A DNA stretch of 64,000 nucleotides from contig OZ219866.1 of the NCBI GenBank assembly GCA_964291675.2, forward strand, positions 224,001-288,000, written 5' to 3'. The DNA comes from Alphaproteobacteria bacterium. Lineage in GTDB: Bacteria > Pseudomonadota > Alphaproteobacteria > MPNO01. Made by a program: the position numbers and the translations under genes. This document shows positions 45,900 through 55,885 of this stretch, one piece after another. The notes under the pieces were generated by a model. It was not told the origin of the DNA, made no database searches, and was given only the letters and a program-made list of their open reading frames with translations. Numbering within the stretch: position 1 is the first letter of the stretch; each line of letters begins with the position of its first letter.

Positions 45900-47345
45900 C
45901 TATCCGAAGACGTCGGGGAACCGCGCCCGCACCTCGGCCGCGAGCTCGGGCGAGGTCTGGGCGACGCGCGGGAAGGACTCGATGCGTTCGTAGGGGATGC
46001 AGGCGTCGATCACGACGCGCGAGTTGTAGAGCTTCTCGTCGGTCACCATGGTGTCGAGCCTGGACGACCAGTTGCGCTCCAGCACGGTGAAATCGGTCTT
46101 GGGATCGCTGCGCGTTCCCATCGCCCAGATCACGTCGTGCATGTCGGTGGGATCGATGTCGTCGTCCACCACGACGACATAGCGCCCGACATAGCCGGTC
46201 GGGTTGACCTGCGAGGCCACCAGCCCGGCCTGGTTGGCGTGGCCGAAATAGCGTTGCCCGATCGCGACCACGACGAAGGTCCGCCCGGCGCCGGCCTGGT
46301 GCACCCAGACCCCCTTCACATCGGGAATGCCCGCGCCTTCCAGGGAATCGAGCAGGCCCGCCGAGCGGATGAAGCAGCGCTCGAAGAGATGCGAATGCGG
46401 CGGCTTCTGGCTCGCCGCGCAGGTCAGCACCGGGTCGTTGCGGTAATAGACCCGCTTGATCCTGATCGCCGGCTCTTCCCTTGCGTCGCCCGCGTAGTAG
46501 CCGGTCCACTCGCCGAACGGCCCCTCCATCGCGGTCTCGTCCGGCGACACCTCGCCTTCGAGCACGATCTCCGAATGCGCCGGGAAGGGGAGGCCGGTGA
46601 GCTCGCCCTCGATGCAGTCGATCGGCCGGCCGACCAGCCCGCCGGCCCAGTCGAGCTCGGCCACCTGGTCCGACAGGGTGTAGCGCGCCGCGATATAGGT
46701 CGCCGGGTCGATGCCGACGATGATCGCCATCGGGCAGGGCTTGCCGGCCTTCAGATACTTGTCGCGGTGGATCCGGCCCTGCTTGCCGTTGGAGATGTAG
46801 GACGTCGCCATGTCGGGCCCGTTCACCTGGACCCGGTAGGTGCCGATATTGATCCGGCCCGTGTCGGGGTCCCGGGTGACCACGCCGCAGGCGGTGCCGA
46901 TATAGCGTCCGCCGTCATGCTCGTGGTGGATCGGCACCGGAAACTTCAGGAGATCGACATCGCCGCCCGAGTCGACGTTCTGCATCACCGGGCCGTCGTC
47001 CACGATGCGGGGCGGGATCGGCTCCTGGCGCTTGATGCGGCGCCGGTAGGTGTCGAGCATGGTGCGCCGGTCGCCCGACTGCGCCGGGTCGATGCCGAGC
47101 CCGAGGGCGAGCCGGAGGGGCGAGCCCAGCATGCCGTAGAGGCAGCGCATGCCCCTGGCGTAGCCCGGCACCTCGTCGAACAGCAGCAGCGGCGACTTGT
47201 CGACCTTCTCGCGATACAGCACCTCGGTCACCGCGCCGAGCTCGCGGTCCCAATGGGCGCCCGCGACGCGCCTGACCTCGCCGCCCTCCTCGACCGCGGC
47301 GAGGAACGCCCTCAGATCGGTCTGGATCTCGTCGTTGCGCTGCAT
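45900..47345 (-). CDS. UbiD family decarboxylase
   Basis: DGGRYIGT, NIGTYR, EIVLEG, EGPFGEWTGYY, DDDIDP. Confidence 0.93.
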   Translation of the reverse strand: MQRNDEIQTDLRAFLAAVEEGGEVRRVAGAHWDRELGAVTEVLYREKVDKSPLLLFDEVPGYARGMRCLYGMLGSPLRLALGLGIDPAQSGDRRTMLDTYRRRIKRQEPIPPRIVDDGPVMQNVDSGGDVDLLKFPVPIHHEHDGGRYIGTACGVVTRDPDTGRINIGTYRVQVNGPDMATSYISNGKQGRIHRDKYLKAGKPCPMAIIVGIDPATYIAARYTLSDQVAELDWAGGLVGRPIDCIEGELTGLPFPAHSEIVLEGEVSPDETAMEGPFGEWTGYYAGDAREEPAIRIKRVYYRNDPVLTCAASQKPPHSHLFERCFIRSAGLLDSLEGAGIPDVKGVWVHQAGAGRTFVVVAIGQRYFGHANQAGLVASQVNPTGYVGRYVVVVDDDIDPTDMHDVIWAMGTRSDPKTDFTVLERNWSSRLDTMVTDEKLYNSRVVIDACIPYERIESFPRVAQTSPELAAEVRARFPDVFG

Positions 47346-47430
47346 CGTGCGGTCCTCTAACGGCAACCGCCGCGGCGTGGCGCCGCGGCGGTGACAGTCT
47401 ATCGCGGCCGGCGCCGCGACTCCCCGGGGC

Positions 47431-48942
47431 TCAGTCGCAGAGATAGCCCCACTTTTCGCGCGACTCCCTGGCCAGCTCGGGCGAGGGCGCGTTGACCGGC
47501 GGGAAATCGTCCTTCCAGTGGAACGGCCGGCAGGCGTCGATGATCGCCCGGCTGTTGGTCAGATTGCCCTTCTCCTTCTCCCAGGGCGGGATGCGGGGGT
47601 CGAGATGGGTCGACCAGGCGTGGGGGATGATGTCGATCGACTCCGCCGGGTCGGAGCGGGTGAGCATCGCCCAGATCAGCTCCTCCAGATTGGAGACGTC
47701 GATGTCCTCGTCGGTCACGATCACGTATTTGCCGGCATAGGCGCCGACATGGCACTGGCAGGCGATGTGGCCGGCCTGGCGGGCGTGGCCGGGATAGCGC
47801 TGCTTGATCGACACCGCGACCAGCATGCGCGCCGTGCCCACCTCGTGCAGCCACGCGCCGTGCACGTCGGGCACGCCCGCCTTCTTGATGTTCTCCTTCA
47901 GGAGCGCCGAGCGGGTGACCGCGCGGTAGCGGGCGAGCTCGTCCGGCGGCCGCTGCGGCGGGCAGCCCAGCAGGATCGGGTTGTTGCGGTAATAGATCGC
48001 CTTGATGTCCATCACCGGCTCCTCGCGCATCCGGGAGCCGTAATAGCCGGTCCACTCGCCGAACGGACCCTCCTCCTTGCGCGCATCGGGATGGACGAAG
48101 CCCTCGAGCACGATCTCGGCGTTGGCCGGGAACGGCAGGCCGGTATGCCGGCCCTCGATCATCTGCATCGCCTCGCCGCGGAACCCGCCGACCACGTCGA
48201 ACTCGCAGACCCCGGGCGGCACCTCGCTGCAGCCCATCAGGAAGGTCATCGGGTCGCCGCCGCAGACGATCACCGCCGGCATCGGCTCGCCGCGCTGCTG
48301 GTACTTGTCGCGGTGGATGCGGCCGTGCTTGCCGGGCGAGATGTAGAAGCCGACCGACGCCTTGTCGTGGATCATCACCCGGTAGGTGCCGATATTGATC
48401 CAGCCGGTATCGGGATCGGCGGTGACGTTGTAGCTGCCGGTGCCGATATAGCGCCCGCCGTCCTCGTCGTGCCACATCGGCGTGGGGAAGATCCCGACGT
48501 CGACGTCGTCGCCCTCCATGACGTTCTCGGTCACCGGGCCCGAGTCGACGAACTCGTGCGGGATGGTGCGCAGGTCTTCCATGTAGTTCTGGCGGAACGC
48601 GTCGGTGAGCTCCATCTTGGAGAGGTCCGAAGAGAAGCCGAGCGTCATCGCCATGCGCTTGGAGGCGAAGAAATTGGTCAGCACGCGGGAGCCTTCGAGG
48701 CTCCCCGGCACGTCCTCGAAGACGATGCAGGGCGCGGTGTCGTTGTGCAGCACGACCTCGGATGCCATGCCGATGTCGCGCTCCCAGCTCGCGCCCTGGA
48801 CGTGCCTGACCTCGCCGAGCTTCTCGGCCTCTTCGAGCCATTCGCGCAGATCGGTGTAGGGGATGCGCAGCTCGTTCTCGAGCCGCGTCGCGGCTCCGCC
48901 GTCGGCCACCTTGCCGATCACGTTGCCCATATCGTCGGCCAT
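47431..48942 (-). CDS. UbiD family decarboxylase
   Basis: DGGRYIGT, NIGTYR, EIVLEG, EGPFGEWTGYY, IIDACRP. Confidence 0.93.
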   Translation of the reverse strand: MADDMGNVIGKVADGGAATRLENELRIPYTDLREWLEEAEKLGEVRHVQGASWERDIGMASEVVLHNDTAPCIVFEDVPGSLEGSRVLTNFFASKRMAMTLGFSSDLSKMELTDAFRQNYMEDLRTIPHEFVDSGPVTENVMEGDDVDVGIFPTPMWHDEDGGRYIGTGSYNVTADPDTGWINIGTYRVMIHDKASVGFYISPGKHGRIHRDKYQQRGEPMPAVIVCGGDPMTFLMGCSEVPPGVCEFDVVGGFRGEAMQMIEGRHTGLPFPANAEIVLEGFVHPDARKEEGPFGEWTGYYGSRMREEPVMDIKAIYYRNNPILLGCPPQRPPDELARYRAVTRSALLKENIKKAGVPDVHGAWLHEVGTARMLVAVSIKQRYPGHARQAGHIACQCHVGAYAGKYVIVTDEDIDVSNLEELIWAMLTRSDPAESIDIIPHAWSTHLDPRIPPWEKEKGNLTNSRAIIDACRPFHWKDDFPPVNAPSPELARESREKWGYLCD

Positions 48943-49110
48943 GCCGTCTCTCCCGCTCCGTCTTCGATGGATATCAAGAACGTATCCGCGCCACCGGACG
49001 CGAACCAATACATTTCCGGCATCAGACAGATAAACCCCCGCGATGTGCGCGCCGGCGCGGCTGTACTATGCTGCGCGCGAGCACCGCAACATCCGAGCGA
49101 AGGCCCGCCC

Positions 49111-49986
49111 ATGCTGCCGACAGAGCGTATCAGCTACGAGCCGATCGTGGGACGAAAACCGCTGACCCTGCCGGACGGCGCGCGCATGGCGGTCTGGGTG
49201 ATCGTCAATGTCGAGGAGTGGGACCCGGAGGCGCCGATGCCGCGCACCGTGCTCACCCCGCCGGCGGGCGGCTCGCCGAGCCCCGACATCCCCAACTGGG
49301 CGTGGCACGAATACGGCAACCGGGTCGGGTTCTGGCGCTTCGTCGAGGCGTTCGACGAATTGTCGATCCCCGCCGCGCTCTGCATCAACGGAATCGCGGT
49401 GACCGGCTACGGGCAGATCGCCGAGGCGGCGCGCGACCGGGGCTGGGAGTTCATCGGCCACGGCTTCACCCAGCGCAACATGCAGAAGGTCGACGACGAG
49501 CGCCTGGACATCCGCCGCACGACCGAGGCGATCGAGGCGTTTACGGGAAAACGGCCGCGCGGCTGGCTCGGACCCGGGCTGACCGAGACCTGGGAGACCC
49601 CCGACATCCTGGTCGAGGAGGGCTACGAATACGTCGCCGACTGGGTGCTCGACGACGAGCCGGTGGTGCTGAAGACGCGCGCCGGCCCCATCGTCAACAT
49701 CCCCTATACCCAGGAATGCAACGATGTCGCGATGATGCTGATCCAGCACCATCCGGCGCGCGAGTACCGCGACCGGGCGCTCGACCAGTTCGAGCAGATC
49801 TACCGGGATTCGGCGCGCTCGGCGCGGGTGATGGCGCTCTCCGTCCACCCCTACATCATGGGCGTGCCGCACCGCTTCCGCTATTTCCGCGAGCTGCTGC
49901 AGACCATCGCCGCGCACCGCGACGTGGCGTTCATGACCGGCGAACGGATCCTCGACTGGTATCGCGGGCAGCGGCCCGTCGGGTAG
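49111..49986 (+). CDS. Polysaccharide deacetylase family (PuuE/allantoinase-like)
   Basis: VNVEEW, EYGNRVGFWR, GHG, RGWLGPG, VHPYIMG. Confidence 0.88.
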   Translation: MLPTERISYEPIVGRKPLTLPDGARMAVWVIVNVEEWDPEAPMPRTVLTPPAGGSPSPDIPNWAWHEYGNRVGFWRFVEAFDELSIPAALCINGIAVTGYGQIAEAARDRGWEFIGHGFTQRNMQKVDDERLDIRRTTEAIEAFTGKRPRGWLGPGLTETWETPDILVEEGYEYVADWVLDDEPVVLKTRAGPIVNIPYTQECNDVAMMLIQHHPAREYRDRALDQFEQIYRDSARSARVMALSVHPYIMGVPHRFRYFRELLQTIAAHRDVAFMTGERILDWYRGQRPVG

Positions 49987-50177
49987 GTTGTATCCGAACT
50001 GGATCGAACCGCCGACGTGATCGATGCCGTCCTTCGATACGCCCCCTTCGGGGGCTACTCAGGATGAGGGAAGGGGTGTGGGCGACCCAAAATCCTCCCT
50101 CATCCCGAGTAGCCGCGAAGCGGCGTATCGAGGGACGCCACACCGTGGCGGTTCCATCCGAAACGGACATGTTCTAG
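49984..50177. repeat. REP-B doublet (50029..50136) inside an imperfect TAG/CTAG-ended inverted repeat
   Basis: TAGGTTGTATCCG..GGATCGAACCGCC ... GGCGGTTCCATCC..CGGACATGTTCTAG. Confidence 0.7.
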
Positions 50178-50205
50178 ATCCACGCGCGGCGAACAAGGAG
50201 GCCGG

Positions 50206-51348
50206 ATGACAGGCGCGAAGACCCCCGACGACGCGCTCGATGCCATCGCCGCGCGCATCCGCGCGACGGTGGATGCGGACCTGCCGGGCTTTCCGCACTA
50301 CGCCGACTGCGACACCGGCGCCTGGACCGCCACGCCGGACGGGTTCTGGACCGGCGGGTACTGGAACGCGATGCTGTGGCTCGGCGGCGCCGTGTTCGAC
50401 GATGCCGCCCTCGTCGCCGAGGCGCGGCGCTGGACCGAGCGGCTGCGCCCCAGGATCGGCTCGGAATCGGTGTTTCGCGGCTTCCTGTTCTATTACGGCG
50501 CGGCGCTCGGCTCGATCCTGCACGGCGACGAAGACGCCCGCGACCTCGCCCTCGCCGCGGCGGGCCGGCTGGCGGAGGATTTCGACCCGCGGCTGGGCCT
50601 GATCCCGCTCGGTGTTGAGGCCGAGGAGGCGCATACCGTGGGCGCGGGCGAGGCCAATATCGACGGCCTCGCCGCGGTGCCGCTTCTGCTGTTCGCCGCC
50701 GGGTCCGGCGGCGAGGCGGGCTTGCGCGACCGCGCGGTGGCCCACACGCTCAGGAGCGCGGCGCTCTGCATCCGCGACGACGGCTCGGTGGTGCAGTCGG
50801 TGAGCCTCGACCCCGACACCGGCGCGCCGATCCGCACCTACACCCACAAGGGCGTCTCCGACAGCTCGACCTGGACCCGGGCGCAGGCCTGGGCAATGCA
50901 GTTCCTCGCCCATGCGGGCAGGCATTTGCCGGAAGAGACGGCGCCGATGGACGCGGCGCTGCGGGTGACCGACTGGTGGATCGAAAACGTGCCCAACGAC
51001 CGGATCGCCTATTGGGATTTCGATGCGCCGATCGACCACGACACGCGCAAGGACACATCGGGCACCGCCATCGCGGCGACGGCGATCCTCAAGCTGTCCG
51101 CCGCGGTCGCCGACCCGGACGCCGCCGCGCGCTACCGCGACTTCGCCGAAGAGACTCTGCTGACGCTCGCCGCCTGCCATCTCACGCCGGTCGCGCCGAG
51201 GGACCGGCGGCCGCCCGGAATCCTGACCAATGGCTGCTTCGACCAGCGCTCCGGCATGGCGCTCGCCAACGAGCTGATCTGGGGCAGCTACTACCTGCTC
51301 GAAGGGCTGGCGATGCTCGCCGGCCGGTTGGAGACCGGCAGGATCTGA
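50206..51348 (+). CDS. GH88-like (unsaturated glucuronyl hydrolase-like) protein
   Basis: WTGGYW, IRDDGS, THKG..SSTWTRAQAW, YWDFD, DTSGTAI, IWGSYY. Confidence 0.8.
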   Translation: MTGAKTPDDALDAIAARIRATVDADLPGFPHYADCDTGAWTATPDGFWTGGYWNAMLWLGGAVFDDAALVAEARRWTERLRPRIGSESVFRGFLFYYGAALGSILHGDEDARDLALAAAGRLAEDFDPRLGLIPLGVEAEEAHTVGAGEANIDGLAAVPLLLFAAGSGGEAGLRDRAVAHTLRSAALCIRDDGSVVQSVSLDPDTGAPIRTYTHKGVSDSSTWTRAQAWAMQFLAHAGRHLPEETAPMDAALRVTDWWIENVPNDRIAYWDFDAPIDHDTRKDTSGTAIAATAILKLSAAVADPDAAARYRDFAEETLLTLAACHLTPVAPRDRRPPGILTNGCFDQRSGMALANELIWGSYYLLEGLAMLAGRLETGRI

Positions 51349-51360
51349 GCGAATTCCGGG

Positions 51361-51741
51361 TCAGGCCCCGGCGCGCGCCGGCGGCGGCCCGTGGATGTTG
51401 CGTCCCCGCTGCGACCCGCGCGCCCACCAGATGACGAGCGGCACGATCCCCGCGACCGTCGGGATCAGAAGCAACCACCAGGCGCTCCGTCCGATATCGT
51501 GCAGTCTCCGCGCGCCCGCCGCCAGAAAGGGGACGAGGAGAATGAGTTCGAGGACGGCCGGCACCATCTCGGCTGCCGCGGGATCGGCGGGAAACACCTG
51601 GCCGCCGACGGCCTGCGCGGCCAGGCTCATCAGCAGGAAGAAGAGGCAGAACCACCAGAATTCGCTTCTCGACGCGCGCCCGGAAAACTCCGCGAAACCT
51701 GTGATGCAGGTCGTCACGGCCTGCCCGAAACCCATGGTCAT
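51361..51741 (-). CDS. DUF805 membrane protein
   Basis: FSGRASRSEFWWF, ARRLHDIGRSAWW, N.HG. Confidence 0.9.
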   Translation of the reverse strand: MTMGFGQAVTTCITGFAEFSGRASRSEFWWFCLFFLLMSLAAQAVGGQVFPADPAAAEMVPAVLELILLVPFLAAGARRLHDIGRSAWWLLLIPTVAGIVPLVIWWARGSQRGRNIHGPPPARAGA

Positions 51742-51934
51742 CCGCCGCATCTCCGGCCGTTCGGCGCGTCGAACCGGGCGGCAGTTCGGAACCGCCCTGC
51801 GTGACAATATAGTCGGCATGGGCGGGACCGCCTGCCGTTCGCCCGGGCCGGCAGGCCGCGGGACCTCGTTGTACGCCGCCGCGGGGCGCATTATGACTGT
51901 GGCCCGGCGGTGAGCGGCAGGGGAAGGGCGACGG

Positions 51935-52975
51935 ATGAAGCTCGCAACGCTGAAGGGCGGGCGCGACGGACGGCTCGCGGTGGTGAGCGACGACCTCGCG
52001 CGGGCGGCGGATGCCGGAGGCGTGGCGGCGACGATGCAGGCGGCGATCGACGACTGGGCGGCGGCGGCGCCGGCGCTCGAATCGCTGGCCGCCGCGGTCA
52101 ACGCCGGCGAGGCCGAGACCTTCCCGTTCGATCCGTCCGCCTGCGCGGCGATCCTGCCGCGCGCCTATCAGTGGGTCGACGGCAGCGCCTATCTCAGCCA
52201 TGTCGAGCTGGTCCGCAAGGCGCGCGGCGCGGAGATGCCGAAGAACCTCTACGCGGACCCGCTGATGTACCAGGGCGCCTCGGATTCGATGATCGGCCCC
52301 ACCGACGACATCGCGCTCGCCGACGAGGGCTGGGGCATCGACATGGAGGCCGAGGTCTTCGCCATCCTCGACGACGTGCCGATGGGGGTGGCGCCGGAGG
52401 ACGCGCGGAGCCACATCAAGCTGGTCGGAATCCTCAACGACGTGAGCCTGCGCAACCTGATCCCGGCCGAACTCGGCAAGGGCTTCGGCTTTCTCCAGGG
52501 CAAGCCGACGACGGCGTTCTCCCCGGTGGTGGCGACGCCCGGCTCCCTCGGCGCGGCCTGGGACGGGACCAGGATGACGCTCGACATGGAGGTCGCGCTC
52601 AACGGCGCCCCGCTCGGGCATCCGAATGCCGGCACCGACCTCTATTTCGACATCCCGACGCTGATCGCGCATGCCGCCAGGAGCCGCCGCCTCGCGGCCG
52701 GGACTATCCTCGGCACCGGCACGATCTCCAACCACGACCGCGGCGTGGGCTCGGCCTGCCTCGCCGAGGTGCGGGTCATCGAGACCATCGAGCGCGGCGC
52801 GCCGGTCACGCCGTTCATGCGCTTCGGCGACCGGGTGCGCATCGAGATGCGCGACGCCGAGGGCAACTCGGTGTTCGGGGCGATCGACCAGCGGGTGGTC
52901 AGATACGAGAACCCGGGGGCTGGCGCGACCCGTCAGGCGTTGGCGCCGAGCTCGGCCCGCATCTCCTCGACATAG
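51935..52975 (+). CDS. Fumarylacetoacetate hydrolase family protein
   Basis: MKLATLK..RDG, PRAYQWVDGSAY, PLMYQG, NDVSLRNLIP.ELGKGFGF. Confidence 0.92.
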   Translation: MKLATLKGGRDGRLAVVSDDLARAADAGGVAATMQAAIDDWAAAAPALESLAAAVNAGEAETFPFDPSACAAILPRAYQWVDGSAYLSHVELVRKARGAEMPKNLYADPLMYQGASDSMIGPTDDIALADEGWGIDMEAEVFAILDDVPMGVAPEDARSHIKLVGILNDVSLRNLIPAELGKGFGFLQGKPTTAFSPVVATPGSLGAAWDGTRMTLDMEVALNGAPLGHPNAGTDLYFDIPTLIAHAARSRRLAAGTILGTGTISNHDRGVGSACLAEVRVIETIERGAPVTPFMRFGDRVRIEMRDAEGNSVFGAIDQRVVRYENPGAGATRQALAPSSARISST

Positions 52976-53886
52976 GCGGCGAAGCCGGCCTCCAGCGTGT
53001 ATTCGGGCTCCCAGCCGAGAACCTCGCGCGCATGGCCGATATCCATATGGTCGGTGCGCGAGACCGGCGGGGTACCCGGAACCACCTCGATCTCCAGCCT
53101 GGGCAGCGAGGCGCGCACCGCGGCGACCAGCTCGTCGAACGCGGTCACCGCCCCGATGCCGATATTGAACACGTTGTAGCGGGAAAGCTCGCGCGTCGCG
53201 CAGAGGTCGAGCGCCCGGCCGATGTCCTTCGAATAGACGTATTCGAACGCCATGGTCTGCTCTTCCGGGATTTTGGCCGGAACCCCGCGAATGCCGCTCT
53301 CGACCAGGGTGTGGCACTTCTCGCCGCCGCCCGATCCGCCCCAGAAATGGCCCATGCCGAAGACGTTGGCGGGGCGCACGATCGCCACCTCGAAGCCGTA
53401 CTTGGCCGAATAGGCTTCGAGGATCAGCTCCTGCACCGCCTTGGTGTTGCTGTAGGCGGTGCCGCTGCCGAGCGGGAAATCCTCCCTCATGACGCCGTCG
53501 ACGGCATCCCGCCGCCAGTCATAGGCGCCGAAGGTCGAGATGTTGAGCAGCCGCCTGACGCCGGCCAGCCGCACCGCCTCGCAGACCGCGATCGCGCCGT
53601 TGACGTTGAGGTCCATGCCGAGATGGAGCGGGTCTTCGGCGCGCTTGCCGATCAGCCCGGCGGTGTGCAGGACGGTGTCGGGCTCGTGTTCCTCGATCGC
53701 CGCCAGCACGCCGGGCAGATGGCGCGTGTCCTCGGGGATCAGCGTGTAGTTGCCGGTGCCGAGGCGGCGATCGAGATAGTCCGCGCGCGGCAACGGGTCG
53801 AGGAACACCACCTTATCGCCGCGCTCCAGCGCGCAGATTGCATAGCTCGTGCCGACCAGCCCGGCTCCGGTAATCACTGTGGTCAT
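52933..53886 (-). CDS. NAD-dependent epimerase/dehydratase
   Basis: ITGAGLVG, HTAG, YSNTK, RPANVFG. Confidence 0.88.
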   Translation of the reverse strand: MTTVITGAGLVGTSYAICALERGDKVVFLDPLPRADYLDRRLGTGNYTLIPEDTRHLPGVLAAIEEHEPDTVLHTAGLIGKRAEDPLHLGMDLNVNGAIAVCEAVRLAGVRRLLNISTFGAYDWRRDAVDGVMREDFPLGSGTAYSNTKAVQELILEAYSAKYGFEVAIVRPANVFGMGHFWGGSGGGEKCHTLVESGIRGVPAKIPEEQTMAFEYVYSKDIGRALDLCATRELSRYNVFNIGIGAVTAFDELVAAVRASLPRLEIEVVPGTPPVSRTDHMDIGHAREVLGWEPEYTLEAGFAAYVEEMRAELGANA

Positions 53887-54019
53887 CGTCTCTCCCCTCC
53901 AGGTCGCGGGGCGGCCGGGCCGGCCGGCGCCGTCGAACCGCGTCCCGCGAGCTTAACCACGCACCCCCTTCTGCGCCAACCGGCGGGTCCGGCTCGACCC
54001 GACCGGACGATCGAGGTGC

Positions 54020-54125
54020 GTCCTTCGATACGCGGCCTCGCCGCTACCCGGGATGAGGAATGGGTCGTGGACGGCCAGGAACCTGCCTCATCCCGGGTAG
54101 GCGCGAAGCGCCGTATCGAGGGACG
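54020..54125. repeat. REP-B inverted doublet
   Basis: TCCTTCGATACGCGGC..CTACCCGGGATGAGG ... CCTCATCCCGGGTAG..GTATCGAGGGA. Confidence 0.8.
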
Positions 54126-54195
54126 CCACACCGCGACGGTTCTACCCTTGACGGATACGCCCTACGATCGCGCCGTCCCGAGCGGAGGAAGCGCG

Positions 54196-54648
54196 ATGCC
54201 CGAGCCCCAAGGAATCTACGCCGTGAGCCGCCAGATCCGCTTCGGCGATTCCGACCCCGCCGGCATCGTCTTCTATGTCGCCTTCTTCCGCATGTTCAAC
54301 GACCTGTTCGAGAGCTGGATCGCCGACCGGCTGGGCATCGACTTCGCCCGGGAGTTCTTCGACAAGGGCCGCATGTTTCCGCTGGTCCATTGCGACGTCG
54401 ATTTCAGGAAGGCGCGGCGGATGGGCGACAATCTCGACCTCGCGCTGATCCTCACCGCGATCGGCCGGTCGTCGATCCGCTACGTCATCGTCGGCTCCGA
54501 CGGGGGCGAGGAGATCCTGCGCGGCGAGTTCGTCACCTGCGTCGCGTCCAAGGAGATGGGCCGGTCGATCCCGATCCCCGACTATCTGCGCGCGCCGATG
54601 ACCGACTATCTCGAGCTGTGCCGGCGTCTCGGCCGGACCGGCGTCTGA
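54196..54648 (+). CDS. Acyl-CoA thioesterase (4-hydroxybenzoyl-CoA thioesterase-like hot-dog fold)
   Basis: IRFGDSDPAGIVFY, IGRSS, PIP; GGAGG RBS. Confidence 0.88.
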   Translation: MPEPQGIYAVSRQIRFGDSDPAGIVFYVAFFRMFNDLFESWIADRLGIDFAREFFDKGRMFPLVHCDVDFRKARRMGDNLDLALILTAIGRSSIRYVIVGSDGGEEILRGEFVTCVASKEMGRSIPIPDYLRAPMTDYLELCRRLGRTGV

Positions 54649-54759
54649 GGATCGCGGAGACCCCGGCCGCCATGCAGGCCTGCGGCGCTCTCGAAGAAGG
54701 CGGCGCGGTTGTGATAGAAGGCCGAACATCGCGAAACCTGGCTCAATGGGGAGATTGAC

Positions 54760-55809
54760 ATGAAGAGGCTACTGGCGACGGGCGCGGCGATGATGCTGAC
54801 GGCATCGGCCTACGCCCAGATGCCGACGCTCACGCACGAATACGCGCAGCCCGGCGGGGGCAGCGACGTCTCGGCCAAGAACCTGGCGGAGGTCGCCGCG
54901 GCGGAGAAGGTCGCGACGATCCAGATCCAGGGCGGCAAGACCCTGACCCGCTCGATCCAGCAGGTCGCGGAAGGCAAGACGGACATCGCGGCGATGCCCA
55001 TCGTCCTGCACTTCCTGATGTCGCGCGGTCTCGGCCCCTACAGCTCGCTCGGCCGCAAGAAGGGCGCCGAGCTCGCCGCCAATCTGCGCGCGCTGTACCC
55101 GTATCACGGCATCGCGGGCTTCTTCCTGGTCGCCTATGCGAGCACCGGCATCGACAGCTGGGACAAGATCAAGGGCAAGACCGTGTTCAACGGCCCGCCG
55201 CGCGGCGGCGCGCTCAACACGGCCCGTTCGGTCATCCGCCTGACCACCGGGCTGAACGACGGCAAGGGCTATGCCGGCAAGCAGATCGCCTGGGGCCAGG
55301 CCAACGCGATCTTCCTCGACCGCTCGGTCGAAGCCGCCGTGCGCCCCGGCACCAACCCGGCGAGCTGGATGCCGATCCTCGCGGCCGCCGGCAAGATCAA
55401 CATGGTGTCGGTGCCCAAGGCCAAGTGGGAAGGCAAGGCCTGGCAGAAGTTCCTGAGCGCGCCCGGAAACGCGCCGGCCATCTTCCCGGTCAGCGAGCTC
55501 GCCCATTACGGCGATAACGTCAACGTGATCTCCGAGGACGACATGTTCCGGTCCGTCACCGCGCCGTTCTCCGACGGCGTCCACAAGAACATGGACAAGC
55601 GGATCGCCAAGGCCCTGACGGCGGCGTTCATCAAGAGCGTCCCCAACCTTCATCGCAAGGTGCCGTTCGCCAAGGGGCTCCATTTCGGCAAGATCGACGA
55701 CAAAACGATGGCGCTCTGCAATGCCGGCACGAAGCTGCATCCGGGCGCCGTCGAGGCCTGGGAAGAGGCGGGCTACAAGGTGGACGATTGCATGAAACCG
55801 GCGTCATAG
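54760..55809 (+). CDS. TAXI-type TRAP solute-binding protein
   Basis: Signal peptide, LRALYPY, KGKTVFNGPP, LHPGA; precedes a fused TRAP permease. Confidence 0.8.
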   Translation: MKRLLATGAAMMLTASAYAQMPTLTHEYAQPGGGSDVSAKNLAEVAAAEKVATIQIQGGKTLTRSIQQVAEGKTDIAAMPIVLHFLMSRGLGPYSSLGRKKGAELAANLRALYPYHGIAGFFLVAYASTGIDSWDKIKGKTVFNGPPRGGALNTARSVIRLTTGLNDGKGYAGKQIAWGQANAIFLDRSVEAAVRPGTNPASWMPILAAAGKINMVSVPKAKWEGKAWQKFLSAPGNAPAIFPVSELAHYGDNVNVISEDDMFRSVTAPFSDGVHKNMDKRIAKALTAAFIKSVPNLHRKVPFAKGLHFGKIDDKTMALCNAGTKLHPGAVEAWEEAGYKVDDCMKPAS

Positions 55810-55832
55810 GCCGACAGGCCAGGCACCGCATC

Positions 55833-55874
55833 GCGAACCGGGGCGCCGGCCCGCAAGCGCTCCGGTTCGCTTTT
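55833..55874 (+). terminator. Stem-loop with U-tract between binding-protein and permease genes
   Basis: GCGAACCGGGGCGC/GCGCTCCGGTTCGC + TTTT. Confidence 0.65.
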
Positions 55875-55885
55875 CCCGCGTAAAC

